A DNA stretch of 37,860 nt, taken from positions 1-37,860 of the forward strand of contig JAUMEU010000194.1 in the NCBI GenBank assembly GCA_032120295.1, given 5' to 3'. The notes beneath the pieces were generated by a model. That model was not told the origin of the DNA. It did no database searches and was given only the letters and a program-made list of their open reading frames with translations. The position numbers were made by a program, and so were the translations under genes. Source of the stretch: Opitutales bacterium (GTDB lineage Bacteria; Verrucomicrobiota; Verrucomicrobiia; Opitutales; UBA953). Every line of letters begins with the position of its first letter. The stretch's first letter is position 1. Below, piece after piece: positions 28,984-37,141 of the stretch.

Positions 28984-30927
28984 GAACCCGCGGCGGAGGC
29001 TGATGGCGCCGGAGACGTCGGGTGACTCGCCGCGGCCGGCGGCGTGGACCGTGAAGGAGAGCGTGGTCTTCGCGTCCATGAGGTAATCGAGGTCGAAGCC
29101 GAAGCGCGCTTGGTCGCGCACGACGGGGGCGCCGGGCAGCGAGAGGTCCAGCGTGCTGGTGATGTCGGTGGCGGTGAGGATGGCCTGGTCGGAGTCGAAG
29201 CGGCGGATCCACTCGACCGAGAGGCGGCCACGGAGTTTTTCGGTGAAGGAGCGCGTGGCGGCCACCCCGAGGCGACCTTCCTGGGCGGTCTGCTTGAGTT
29301 CGCCGAAGCTGCCCGCGAACGCGCCACCGGTTTCGGAGTAGGCGTCGGACTGGGCCTTGCTCGTCGAACCGGAGATGAAGCCTTTGATGTCGGCGCCGAG
29401 GGCCTTGGTCAGGACCGGGGTGTCGTAGCGCAAGCGGACGGTGGTGCTCTGCAGGTCGGTTTCGCCGTGCGAGAAGTCGATGCCGCCGCCCGTCACGTAA
29501 CCACGGTCGGTGACCGAGTGCCAGCTGCCGACGGAAACGAGCACGGAGAAGATGCCGCCGTTATCTTGGATGAAGTCGACCTCGCCGACGAGGTAGCGGC
29601 CATCGGTCGAGCCTGAGCCGCCGTTGGCCATGTCGCGGTCTTGGCGGCCGTAGCCCGCGCCGATGCCGAGGAGCACGCCCGGGGCGGTTTCGAAGGTCGC
29701 GCCGGCTTCGCCGGAGCGCGTGATCAGGTCACGGGAGCGCGAGCTCGAGGCGACGTCGCCCGTCACCCAATACGAACGGCCGCGGCCGAGTTCGGCGAGC
29801 GGGCGGTGGTGGGCGCCTTCCATGAAGGAGCGGGAGAGTTCGAGTCCGGTCGAAAGGGTGGAATGCACGCCGCCGACGGAGCCCAGCCAGTCCTGGACAT
29901 CGAGCATCACGCGGTTGGTGTACATAAACGCACGGGATTCCCCGTCGGCGTTGTCGGCCTCCCCCACGACGACCGCACCATCCGCGGAAACGCCGTTGGC
30001 ATAGGAATAAGATCCACCGGAGAGGGTGCCGAGGTCGGTCATCCCGCCGGCGCTCGTCCAGCGAAACGCGCGTTCGCCGGCGGTGCTATTACCATACCCC
30101 ACGACGACGGAGCCATCCGCGGAAATACCGGAGGTGTAGGAATAAGACCCCCCGGAGAGGACGCCGAGGTCGGTCATCCCGTCACTCGTCCACCGAAACG
30201 CGCGGCCACCAGCGGTGCTATTACTAAACCCCACGACGACCGCGCCATTTGCGGAAACTCCGAAGGCGGTGGAATAAGACCCCCCGGAGAGGGTGCCGAG
30301 GTCGGTCATCCCGCCGGCGCTCGTCCATCGAAATGCGCGTCCGTCCCCGCTGGCGTTGGCGGCATACCCCACGACGACGGAGCCGTCTTCGGAAACACCG
30401 TAGGCTTGGGAATAATTGCCCCCAGTGAGGACGCCGAGGTCGGACATCCCGCCGTCACTCGTCCACCGAAACGCGCGGCCACCAGCGGTGCTATTACCAG
30501 ACCCCACGACGACCGCGCCATCCGCGGAAACGCTTCTGGCGTCGGAATAAGACCCACCGGAGAGGGTGCCGAGGTCGGTCATCCCGCCGGCGCTCGTCCA
30601 CCGAAACGCGCGGCCGTTCCCATTGGCGTTACTGCCATACCCCACGACGACGGAGCCATCCGCGGAAACACCGTAGGCTCGGGAAAAAGTCCCTCCAGAG
30701 AGGACGCCAAGGTCGGTCATGCCGCCGGCACTCGTCCACCGAAACGCCCGTTGGCTACCGGCGGTGCCATTACCATACCCCACGACGACCGCGCCATCCG
30801 CGGAAACACCGTTGGCTTGGGAATAATTCCCCCCGGAGAGGGTACCGAGGTCGGTCATCGACTGGGCCTGGGCGTGGATCGAAGTCGCCGCGGCGGCGAG
30901 GAGGAAGGAAGATTTGAGGTGTTTCAT
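28981..30927 (-). CDS. HAF-repeat autotransporter outer-membrane protein
   Basis: 648 aa with signal peptide MKHLKSSFLLAAAATSIHAQA. Has seven 43-46-aa repeats M(T/S)DLG(T/V)L(S/T)GG.YS...GVSADG(A/S)VVVG...RAFRWTS.GG (HAF extracellular repeat family, from memory). The C-terminal beta-barrel ends in ...DVSGAISLRRGF. Confidence 0.85.
   Translation of the reverse strand: MKHLKSSFLLAAAATSIHAQAQSMTDLGTLSGGNYSQANGVSADGAVVVGYGNGTAGSQRAFRWTSAGGMTDLGVLSGGTFSRAYGVSADGSVVVGYGSNANGNGRAFRWTSAGGMTDLGTLSGGSYSDARSVSADGAVVVGSGNSTAGGRAFRWTSDGGMSDLGVLTGGNYSQAYGVSEDGSVVVGYAANASGDGRAFRWTSAGGMTDLGTLSGGSYSTAFGVSANGAVVVGFSNSTAGGRAFRWTSDGMTDLGVLSGGSYSYTSGISADGSVVVGYGNSTAGERAFRWTSAGGMTDLGTLSGGSYSYANGVSADGAVVVGEADNADGESRAFMYTNRVMLDVQDWLGSVGGVHSTLSTGLELSRSFMEGAHHRPLAELGRGRSYWVTGDVASSSRSRDLITRSGEAGATFETAPGVLLGIGAGYGRQDRDMANGGSGSTDGRYLVGEVDFIQDNGGIFSVLVSVGSWHSVTDRGYVTGGGIDFSHGETDLQSTTVRLRYDTPVLTKALGADIKGFISGSTSKAQSDAYSETGGAFAGSFGELKQTAQEGRLGVAATRSFTEKLRGRLSVEWIRRFDSDQAILTATDITSTLDLSLPGAPVVRDQARFGFDLDYLMDAKTTLSFTVHAAGRGESPDVSGAISLRRGF
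29914..30858 (-). repeat. seven tandem coding repeats (about 129-138 bp each) inside the HAF autotransporter
   Basis: The repeat boundaries are residues 24-338 converted to nucleotides. Repeats alternate between a GTLSGG...DGAVVVG type and a GVLSGG...DGSVVVG type. Confidence 0.85.
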
Positions 30928-31045
30928 GAAGGGTTTAATAAGGGTCTATGGATTACATGAATACAAACTGAATAGTCAGTTTTGTATCCTTTAGGGGTGT
31001 GTTTTTAATATAATGGGTGGGGTTAAGTAATATTGGGCAGGTAGC
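30928..31045 (-). promoter_or_regulatory. AT-rich upstream region of the HAF autotransporter with an imperfect palindrome at 30961-30987
   Basis: The sequence ...gggtttaataagggtctatggattacatgaATACAAACTGAatagTCAGTTTTGTATcctttaggggtgtgtttttaatataatggg... contrasts sharply in AT content with its flanks. Confidence 0.4.
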
Positions 31046-31052
31046 GTGTTCG

Positions 31053-31108
31053 GGTAGGGTTGAGCGCCCTCGCTCAACAGCGGCTGACCAAGGGTGGTCA
31101 GCCCTATC
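31053..31108 (-). repeat. REP-like double hairpin (H2+H1, inverted orientation), copy 5
   Basis: GGTAGGGTTGAGCGCCCTCGCTCAACAGCGGCTGACCAAGGGTGGTCAGCCCTATCC. Confidence 0.85.
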
Positions 31109-31125
31109 CAAGGCACGAAACAGCA

Positions 31126-31272
31126 CTCAATGGGAAACCGGAGACCGGATAGGATGCTGCGGGCATGTAATTATTTCAGGTGCCGGGTGACGGCCATCAG
31201 GGCATCAGCCATCCGGCTGTCGGCTTTTCAGCCATCGGCCACCGGCTTCGGGTTTTCGGCCGTAGCCATTGC
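31126..31272. mobile_element. MITE-like element, one recognisable arm plus divergent cargo (M5; right boundary uncertain)
   Basis: CTCAATGGGAAACCGGAGACCGGATAGGATGCTGCGGGCATGTAATTATTTCAGGTGCC matches the reverse complement of the right arm of M4. The following CAGCCATC-rich sequence has no matching second arm. Confidence 0.5.
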
Positions 31273-31274
31273 CA

Positions 31275-31306
31275 CTAGGTCAGCACGCAGTGCTGACCCT
31301 ACCTAG
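31275..31306. repeat. REP-like hairpin, H3 type
   Basis: CTAG-GTCAGCAC/GCAG/GTGCTGAC-CCTACCTAG. Confidence 0.8.
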
Positions 31307-31356
31307 AGGCAAGATCCATACGCCAACCGCTAGCCGCCACAACCTTGCTTCTAACC

Positions 31357-32220
31357 CTACCTAGAGAAATACAACCTCGCCAGGGCTTGCGTGCCGGCGT
31401 CGCCTTCGCCGGCGGCGACGACTTCGGCGTAGAGTTTCGCGGCGAGCTCGAGGCCGGGCAGGCTGAGCTTCTGTTCGCGGCAGACGTCGAGCGCCAGGCC
31501 GATGTCCTTCACGAAGTGCTTCACGTAGAAGCCTGGAGCGAAGTCGCCCTTGAGCACGCGCGGGGCGAGGTTGAGCAACGCCCAGCTCGACGCGCCGCCG
31601 CCCGAGATCGAACGCAGCGTGGTCTCGAGGTCGAGTCCCGTCGCGCGGGCGAAGGCCAGGGCCTCGGCCATGGCGATCATGCCGGAGGCGATGCCGATCT
31701 GGTTCGCGAGCTTACAGAGCTGACCGGTGCCGGGACCGCCCTGCAGGACAATCGTCTTACCCATCGCGGCGAAGACCGGCTGGGCGAAATCAAAATCCTG
31801 CTGCGCGCCGCCGGCCATGATGGTCAGCGTGCCTTCGCGGGCGCCTCGGTCGCCGCCGGAGACCGGAGCATCCAGCGGACCGAAGCCTTTCGCCGCAGCC
31901 TCCGCGGCGAGCGAGCGGGCGAGCGCCGGGCTCGAGGTGGTCATGTCGATGAGCACGCAGCCGGGCTTGGCGGCGGACATGAAGCCCTGCGGACCACGCC
32001 AGACCTCTTCGACGTCGTCGGGATAGCCGACCATCGAGATCGCGATATCCGCGCCGCGGGCAGACTCGGCCGGCGAGGAAGCCCACTTCGCACCGAGCGC
32101 CAGCAGGCCGTCGGCCTTGGCCTTGGTGCGGGTGTAGACCGTGACCTCATGGCCGGCCTTGAGCAGGTTGGCGACCATGCCCTGCCCCATCACCCCGGTG
32201 CCGACGAACGCGATTTTCAT
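31357..32220 (-). CDS. NAD(P)-dependent beta-hydroxyacid dehydrogenase (3-hydroxyisobutyrate / tartronate semialdehyde reductase family)
   Basis: Start at MKIAFVGTGVMGQGMVANLLKAGHEVTVYTRT (ATG 32220, Met55 of the listed ORF), followed by DAPVSGG and a family-typical middle and C-terminus. Confidence 0.85.
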   Translation of the reverse strand: MKIAFVGTGVMGQGMVANLLKAGHEVTVYTRTKAKADGLLALGAKWASSPAESARGADIAISMVGYPDDVEEVWRGPQGFMSAAKPGCVLIDMTTSSPALARSLAAEAAAKGFGPLDAPVSGGDRGAREGTLTIMAGGAQQDFDFAQPVFAAMGKTIVLQGGPGTGQLCKLANQIGIASGMIAMAEALAFARATGLDLETTLRSISGGGASSWALLNLAPRVLKGDFAPGFYVKHFVKDIGLALDVCREQKLSLPGLELAAKLYAEVVAAGEGDAGTQALARLYFSR

Positions 32221-32401
32221 GAACGTACTTTCATCACCGTCCGCATCGGATTCAACGCGTTTCAACCGCGACCAAGACCCGGGCAATCGGGGCTTGCCCT
32301 GCGTCCCTGAGGCGTGAGGATGCGTGTGGGTTCGATGCCAAAGCGCATCGAAGGTATCGCCGAAGTCGGGCCGCTTTGGCACCTCGAATCAATAACACTC
32401 T

Positions 32402-33202
32402 ATGAGACCCCTGAAAGTCGGCATCGTCGGCTACGGCCGAGCCGGCAAAACCGCCGCCCTTGAAGTCATCAAAGACCCCGAGCTCCGCTTAAGCTGGATC
32501 GCCCGTCGCGACTGGACGGGGGCGGCTGATTTGACCACGCTGGGCGGGGGGAAGACCTTACACTTCGAGGGCCACGATATCACGGCGCTTGAGACCCGCG
32601 AACTTTCCGACCGGAGCCGGATGCGCCAGCACCGGGTCGACTTGGTGGTGGATTTAGCGGGGAGTGAAGCCATCCGCTCCTACGCCCATCTGGCCGGTTA
32701 CGGGACGCGTTTTGTTTCGGCCGTCTCCCACTATGAGCCCGCTGATCTGGCCATCCTCCAGGCCGCCGCCCGTGAAACCGCGGTGCTGCACTCGCCCAAC
32801 ATCACCTTGGGCATCAACCTCCTGCTCGTCGTGGCCCGCATGCTGCGCAAACTCATCCCGCAGGCCGACGTCCAAATCCTGGAAGAACACTTCGCGGCCA
32901 AGGATAGTCGCTCCGGCACCGCCGAACGCCTCGCCGCCATTCTGGGCCTGGAGCCCAACGAAACCATCCGCTCCATCCGAGCCGGTGGCATCATCGGCAA
33001 GCACGAACTGATTTTCGGCCTGCCTAACCAGACGATCCGGCTGGTCCACGAGAGCATCAACCGCGCGGCTTTCGCCCGGGGCGCCTTGCTGGCGGGGAAA
33101 TGGCTCCGGGATGCTGAACCAGACTTCTATACCATGGAGAAATTGGTGATGCGACGGGTGCGGAGCGGCTTCCTCGCCGACCTGGAAGAAGAAGGCGCCT
33201 GA
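32402..33202 (+). CDS. dihydrodipicolinate reductase (DapB) family protein, divergent
   Basis: 266 aa with KVGIVGYGRAGKT (Rossmann), SPNITLGINLL and EEHFAAKDSRSGTA, where canonical DapB has E-x-HH-x-x-K-x-DAPSGTA. Confidence 0.65.
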   Translation: MRPLKVGIVGYGRAGKTAALEVIKDPELRLSWIARRDWTGAADLTTLGGGKTLHFEGHDITALETRELSDRSRMRQHRVDLVVDLAGSEAIRSYAHLAGYGTRFVSAVSHYEPADLAILQAAARETAVLHSPNITLGINLLLVVARMLRKLIPQADVQILEEHFAAKDSRSGTAERLAAILGLEPNETIRSIRAGGIIGKHELIFGLPNQTIRLVHESINRAAFARGALLAGKWLRDAEPDFYTMEKLVMRRVRSGFLADLEEEGA

Positions 33203-33260
33203 GGCGGGACGCACCCTAATCGGTTGCCCTCCGCGGCCGAATCGCCGAACCTCCGTCCGC

Positions 33261-34445
33261 ATGGATTCGGCCCCGCTCACGATCTCAGACCTCGCGGATG
33301 TCCTCAAAGGACATCTCAACGGGATGGGGACGCTTGAAGTCGTCGGCGAGATCTCGGGCTACAAGACCTACCCGTCCGGCCACCACTACTTCGCATTGAA
33401 GGACAGCGAAGCCAAGGTGGACTGCGTCCTCTACTCCTTCCAGGCGCGCTGGCTGAAGTCGCCGCTGCGCGAAGGCATGAAGGTCGTAGCGAAGGCTAAG
33501 GCCGACTTCTACGGTAAGACCGGTAAGTGCTCGCTCGTCATCGAATCAATCAAGCCCGCCGGCGAAGGCGACCTCTTCCAGAAGTTCAAGGAACTGCAGG
33601 CGAAGCTGACGGCCGAAGGCTTGTTCGCAGACGAGCTCAAGCGGCCGCTGCCGGAATTCCCGAAGACGGTGGCGTTCGTCACCTCCGAGATCGGCGCCGT
33701 CTGGCATGACTTCATCGAAGTGCTCAAGACCCGCGGCTGGAGCGGCACGGCGTGGCTCGTGCCGGCGCGCGTGCAGGGCGAGACCTGCCCGGGCTCGGTG
33801 ATCGCCGGCCTACGCCAGGCCAACGACATCCCTGGTATCGACCTGATCGTCGTCGGCCGCGGTGGAGGCTCGATGGAAGACCTCTGGGGCTTCAACGACG
33901 AAGCCCTCGTCCGCGCCGTCCGCGCCAGCCGCGCGCCGGTCATCTCCGCCGTGGGCCACCAGACCGACTTCACACTCTGCGACTTCGCCGCGGACAAGCG
34001 CGCCGAGACGCCGACCGCCGCCGCCGAACTCATCGTGAGCGGGCAGATCCGCCTCCGCCAACGACTCAAGCTGCTCGCCGCCGAACTCGCCCGGCATTCA
34101 CCCAAGGCCAAGCTGCAGTCACTCTACCAGGACCTTGACCTCCTCAATGAACGCCTCGACGGCGCGGCGCAGGAGATCCTCGCCGACACCCGTCACCGGC
34201 TCTCGGAACTCGGCGGCGAACTGCACCGCCTCTCGCCCAAGGCGCGCCTCGGCGTGACGCGCGAGAAACTGGGGCAGCTCGGCAAGCGCCTGCGTTCGGC
34301 TGGCTTCGAATCCATCCTCTCCCGTGGCTACGCGATCGTACGTGACGCCGACGGCGCCGTCATCATCGGCCATCAGTCCGTGACGAAGGGTCGCAAACTC
34401 CGCCTCAAATTCGGCGACGGCGAAGCCGACGCGACGGGCGGGTAG
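33261..34445 (+). CDS. xseA: exodeoxyribonuclease VII large subunit
   Basis: 394 aa with an N-terminal OB fold (VVGEISGYKTYPSGHHYFALKD), VVGRGGGSMEDLWGFNDE and ISAVGHQTDFTLCDFAAD. Confidence 0.9.
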   Translation: MDSAPLTISDLADVLKGHLNGMGTLEVVGEISGYKTYPSGHHYFALKDSEAKVDCVLYSFQARWLKSPLREGMKVVAKAKADFYGKTGKCSLVIESIKPAGEGDLFQKFKELQAKLTAEGLFADELKRPLPEFPKTVAFVTSEIGAVWHDFIEVLKTRGWSGTAWLVPARVQGETCPGSVIAGLRQANDIPGIDLIVVGRGGGSMEDLWGFNDEALVRAVRASRAPVISAVGHQTDFTLCDFAADKRAETPTAAAELIVSGQIRLRQRLKLLAAELARHSPKAKLQSLYQDLDLLNERLDGAAQEILADTRHRLSELGGELHRLSPKARLGVTREKLGQLGKRLRSAGFESILSRGYAIVRDADGAVIIGHQSVTKGRKLRLKFGDGEADATGG

Positions 34446-34464
34446 AGGGAGACCCCTGCATCGA

Positions 34465-34521
34465 GGTAGGGCTGACCGGCCCGGTCAGCCGCACGGTTGA
34501 GCGAGGGCGCTCAACCCTACC
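34465..34521 (+). repeat. REP-like double hairpin (H1+H2), copy 6
   Basis: GGTAGGGCTGACCGGCCCGGTCAGCCGCACGGTTGAGCGAGGGCGCTCAACCCTACC. Confidence 0.85.
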
Positions 34522-34530
34522 AAGCGACAG

Positions 34531-34560
34531 CTAGGACAGCACGTGGTGCTGTCCCTACCT
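34531..34560. repeat. REP-like hairpin, H3 type
   Basis: CTAG-GACAGCAC/GTG/GTGCTGTC-CCTACCT. Confidence 0.8.
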
Positions 34561-34612
34561 CTAGCCCTACCCCTGTCCCGGGCCCTAGCCCTCTGATCGG
34601 CCGTCAGGCCGA

Positions 34613-36142
34613 TCAGTAGGCCTTCGCCATCACCACGCGGCGGGGGCTGGGCTCGCCGGTGACCACGCACTTGCCCGGCTCGTCCTTGGCGTCGAGCGGG
34701 ATGCAACGGATGGTGACCTTGAGCTCTTCCTTGAGGCGCTTCTCGACGGCCTTGGAGCCGTTCCAGTGGCACAGCGCGAAGCCGCCGTGGATCTCGGGAC
34801 GCTCCGGGGTCTTGGCGGTGAAGTAGGCTTTCAGTTCTTCGAAGGTATCGATCTCACGGGTGTTGGCCGCGCGGTGCGCCTTGGCGCGAGCGAGGAGGTT
34901 GTCCTGGATGGACTGCAGGCGCTCGACCACGGTAGCGACGAATTCAGAGCGCGGGATGCCGGCCTTCTCGCCGGTGTCGCGACGAGCCACGAAAACCGCG
35001 TTGGCGGCGAAGTCACGCGGGCCGACCTCGACGCGCAGCGGCACGCCCTTCTTGATCCAGCCCCAGGCCTTGTCGCCTCCGCGGATGTCGCGGTTGTCGA
35101 CGGTCACGACGACCTTGCGGTCGTGGAAGCGCTGGGCGGAGAGCTCCTTCTGGAGCGACTGGCAATAGGCGAGGATGTCGGCCTTGGTGGCGTCGTCCTT
35201 GTAGATCGGGCAGATCACCACGTGCTGCGGGGCGAGGCGGGGCGGAGCCACGAAGCCGTCGTCGTCGGAGTGCGTCATGATCATACCTCCGATGAGGCGG
35301 GTGGACACGCCCCACGAGGTCGTGTGCGCGTACTGCTGGGTGCCCTTCTCGTCCTGGAACTGGATGTTGCAGGACTTGGAGAAATTCTGGCCGAGGTAGT
35401 GCGACGTGCCGGCCTGGAGGGCCTTGCGGTCCTGCATCATCGATTCGATGCAGAGCGTATCGACGGCGCCGGGGAAACGTTCGCCCTCGGTCTTGCGACC
35501 CTTGATGACGGGCATCGCCATGTAGTTCTCGGCGAAGTCGGCGTACACCTCGAGCATCTTGTGGGTCTCCTCGACGGCCTCGGCCTCGGTCGCGTGGACG
35601 GTGTGGCCTTCCTGCCAGAGGAACTCGGCGGTGCGGAGGAAGAGACGCGTGCGCATCTCCCAGCGGACGACGTTGGCCCACTGGTTGATGAGGATCGGGA
35701 GGTCGCGGTAGGACTGGACCCACTTGGAGTAAGTCTCGCCGATGATGGTCTCGGAAGTCGGGCGGACGATGAGCGGCTCTTCGAGCTCACCGGCGGGGAC
35801 GAGCTTACCATCCGGTCCGGCTTCGAGGCGCGAGTGGGTGACGACGGCGCATTCCTTGGCGAAGCCGTCGACGTGGGCGGCTTCCTTCTGGATGTAGCTG
35901 ACCGGGATGAAGAGCGGGAAGTAGGCGTTCACGTGGCCGGTCTCCTTGAACATCGCGTCGAGGTCGCGGTGGATGTTCTCCCAGAGCGCGTAACCCCACG
36001 GCTTGATCACCATGCAACCACGGACCGGGCTGTTCTCGGCCAGGTCGGCGTGCTTGATCACCTGGAGGTACCACTCGGGATAGTCATCCTGGCGGGTCGG
36101 GGTGATGGCGGTCTTCGGTTTGGCGGCGGGCTGCTGGGACAT
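34613..36142 (-). CDS. proS: proline--tRNA ligase (archaeal/eukaryote-like type)
   Basis: Start at MSQQPAAKPK (ATG 36142, Met41 of the listed ORF). Shows YPEWYLQVIKHADLAENSPVRGCMVIKPWGYALWE, class II motifs and a C-terminal ...VVMAKAY ending in Tyr. Confidence 0.92.
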   Translation of the reverse strand: MSQQPAAKPKTAITPTRQDDYPEWYLQVIKHADLAENSPVRGCMVIKPWGYALWENIHRDLDAMFKETGHVNAYFPLFIPVSYIQKEAAHVDGFAKECAVVTHSRLEAGPDGKLVPAGELEEPLIVRPTSETIIGETYSKWVQSYRDLPILINQWANVVRWEMRTRLFLRTAEFLWQEGHTVHATEAEAVEETHKMLEVYADFAENYMAMPVIKGRKTEGERFPGAVDTLCIESMMQDRKALQAGTSHYLGQNFSKSCNIQFQDEKGTQQYAHTTSWGVSTRLIGGMIMTHSDDDGFVAPPRLAPQHVVICPIYKDDATKADILAYCQSLQKELSAQRFHDRKVVVTVDNRDIRGGDKAWGWIKKGVPLRVEVGPRDFAANAVFVARRDTGEKAGIPRSEFVATVVERLQSIQDNLLARAKAHRAANTREIDTFEELKAYFTAKTPERPEIHGGFALCHWNGSKAVEKRLKEELKVTIRCIPLDAKDEPGKCVVTGEPSPRRVVMAKAY

Positions 36143-36196
36143 AAGGTCAGTAAAGAGGAAAGGGGCGCTGAAGGGCAAGACGGGTTCTTCTTTCAA

Positions 36197-36254
36197 GGTA
36201 GGGTCAGCACTGCGTGCTGACCTAGCTAGGTCGGCACGCAGTGCCGACCCTACC
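36197..36254. repeat. inverted pair of H3-type REP-like hairpins
   Basis: GGTAGGGTCAGCACTGCGTGCTGACCTAG|CTAGGTCGGCACGCAGTGCCGACCCTACC. The two halves are reverse complements apart from a compensatory A/T to G/C change. Confidence 0.85.
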
Positions 36255-36295
36255 CAAGACAAAAGACGGTCCTCGTGGCTTCGTATACTCGATGG

Positions 36296-37141
36296 TTACT
36301 CTTTCTTCGCCTTCCAGAAACGCGGGCGGCCGCTCATGTCGGGCAGGCCCGCGGACTCGGCATAACCGAGCTGGGCCGACAGTCCCGCCAAGGCGGCGTG
36401 CTGATCGATGCCCGTCTCGCAGAGCACCCAGCCGCCGGCGCGCAGGTGCTTCGGGGCGTCGGTCAGGATACGGCGCAGGTCAGCGAGGCCTTCCTCGGGT
36501 GCGATCAGCGCGGACTTCGGATCGAACTCGCGGACTTCCGGATCAGCCTCGGCGACTTCGGCTTCGGTGAGGTACGGAGGATTCGAGACGATGAGGTCGT
36601 AGGCGTCGGTCACGGCGGCGAACCAATCGGACTCCGCGAAATTGACGCGCTCGGTCAGATTGCACTGCGCGGCGTTCTCGCGGGCGAGCGCGAGTGCATC
36701 GGCCGAACGGTCGACCGCGTCGACCTTCCACAGCGGGCGTTCGGCGGCGAGGGCCAGCGCGATGGCGCCGGAGCCCGTGCCGAGGTCGAGCACGCGCACG
36801 ACCTGATCTTCCGGGAACAAGGCGAGCGCGAGGTCGATGAGTTCCTCGGTCTCCGGGCGCGGGATCAGCGCGCGCTTATCCGACTTGAGGACGAGATCGC
36901 GGAACTCCGCCTTGCCGACGATATGCTGGAGCGGCTCGCGGTTGCCGCGACGGACCGTCAGGTCGCGCAGGCGCTTCACTTCCTCATCATTGAGCAGGCG
37001 TTCGAACTGCAGGTAAAGGTCGAGTCGCTTCAGGCCCAGCCCCGCGGCGAAGAGATGTTCGGCTTCGACGCGCGGCTTCTCCAGGCCCTTGCGCGCAAGG
37101 AATTCGGCGGCCTTCTTCAGCGTCTCAAGGAGGTTCTGCAT
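36296..37141 (-). CDS. prmC: peptide chain release factor N5-glutamine methyltransferase
   Basis: 281 aa with EPLQHIVGKAEF, LDLGTGSGAIAL and IVSNPPY. Its start overlaps the stop of the upstream gene. Confidence 0.9.
   Translation of the reverse strand: MQNLLETLKKAAEFLARKGLEKPRVEAEHLFAAGLGLKRLDLYLQFERLLNDEEVKRLRDLTVRRGNREPLQHIVGKAEFRDLVLKSDKRALIPRPETEELIDLALALFPEDQVVRVLDLGTGSGAIALALAAERPLWKVDAVDRSADALALARENAAQCNLTERVNFAESDWFAAVTDAYDLIVSNPPYLTEAEVAEADPEVREFDPKSALIAPEEGLADLRRILTDAPKHLRAGGWVLCETGIDQHAALAGLSAQLGYAESAGLPDMSGRPRFWKAKKE

Noticed and set aside
29641-30960. 439-aa plus-strand ORF with striking internal repeats (...PHDDGAIRGN...EVGHPAGARP...).
   Set aside because: It is the antisense reading of the HAF repeat array. 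Its periodicity simply mirrors the repeats of the minus-strand autotransporter, which has a signal peptide and a beta-barrel.
32320-32355. tRNA-like T-arm string GGGTTCGATGCC.
   Set aside because: No acceptor stem, D-arm or anticodon arm can be built around it. It forms a simple 8-bp inverted repeat (TTCGATGC-N6-GCATCGAA) in a divergent promoter region.
34594-34615. 9-bp hairpin TGATCGGCC-gtca-GGCCGATCA overlapping the proS stop codon, considered as a terminator.
   Set aside because: No U-tract follows it on the minus-strand transcript, so it is not a canonical intrinsic terminator. It may still be a structural element, but I cannot support a call.
4805-36254. Whether the dispersed palindromic repeats might be a CRISPR array.
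   Set aside because: The copies are scattered across many intergenic regions rather than arranged as regularly spaced direct repeats with unique spacers. They occur in both orientations, and no cas genes are present.
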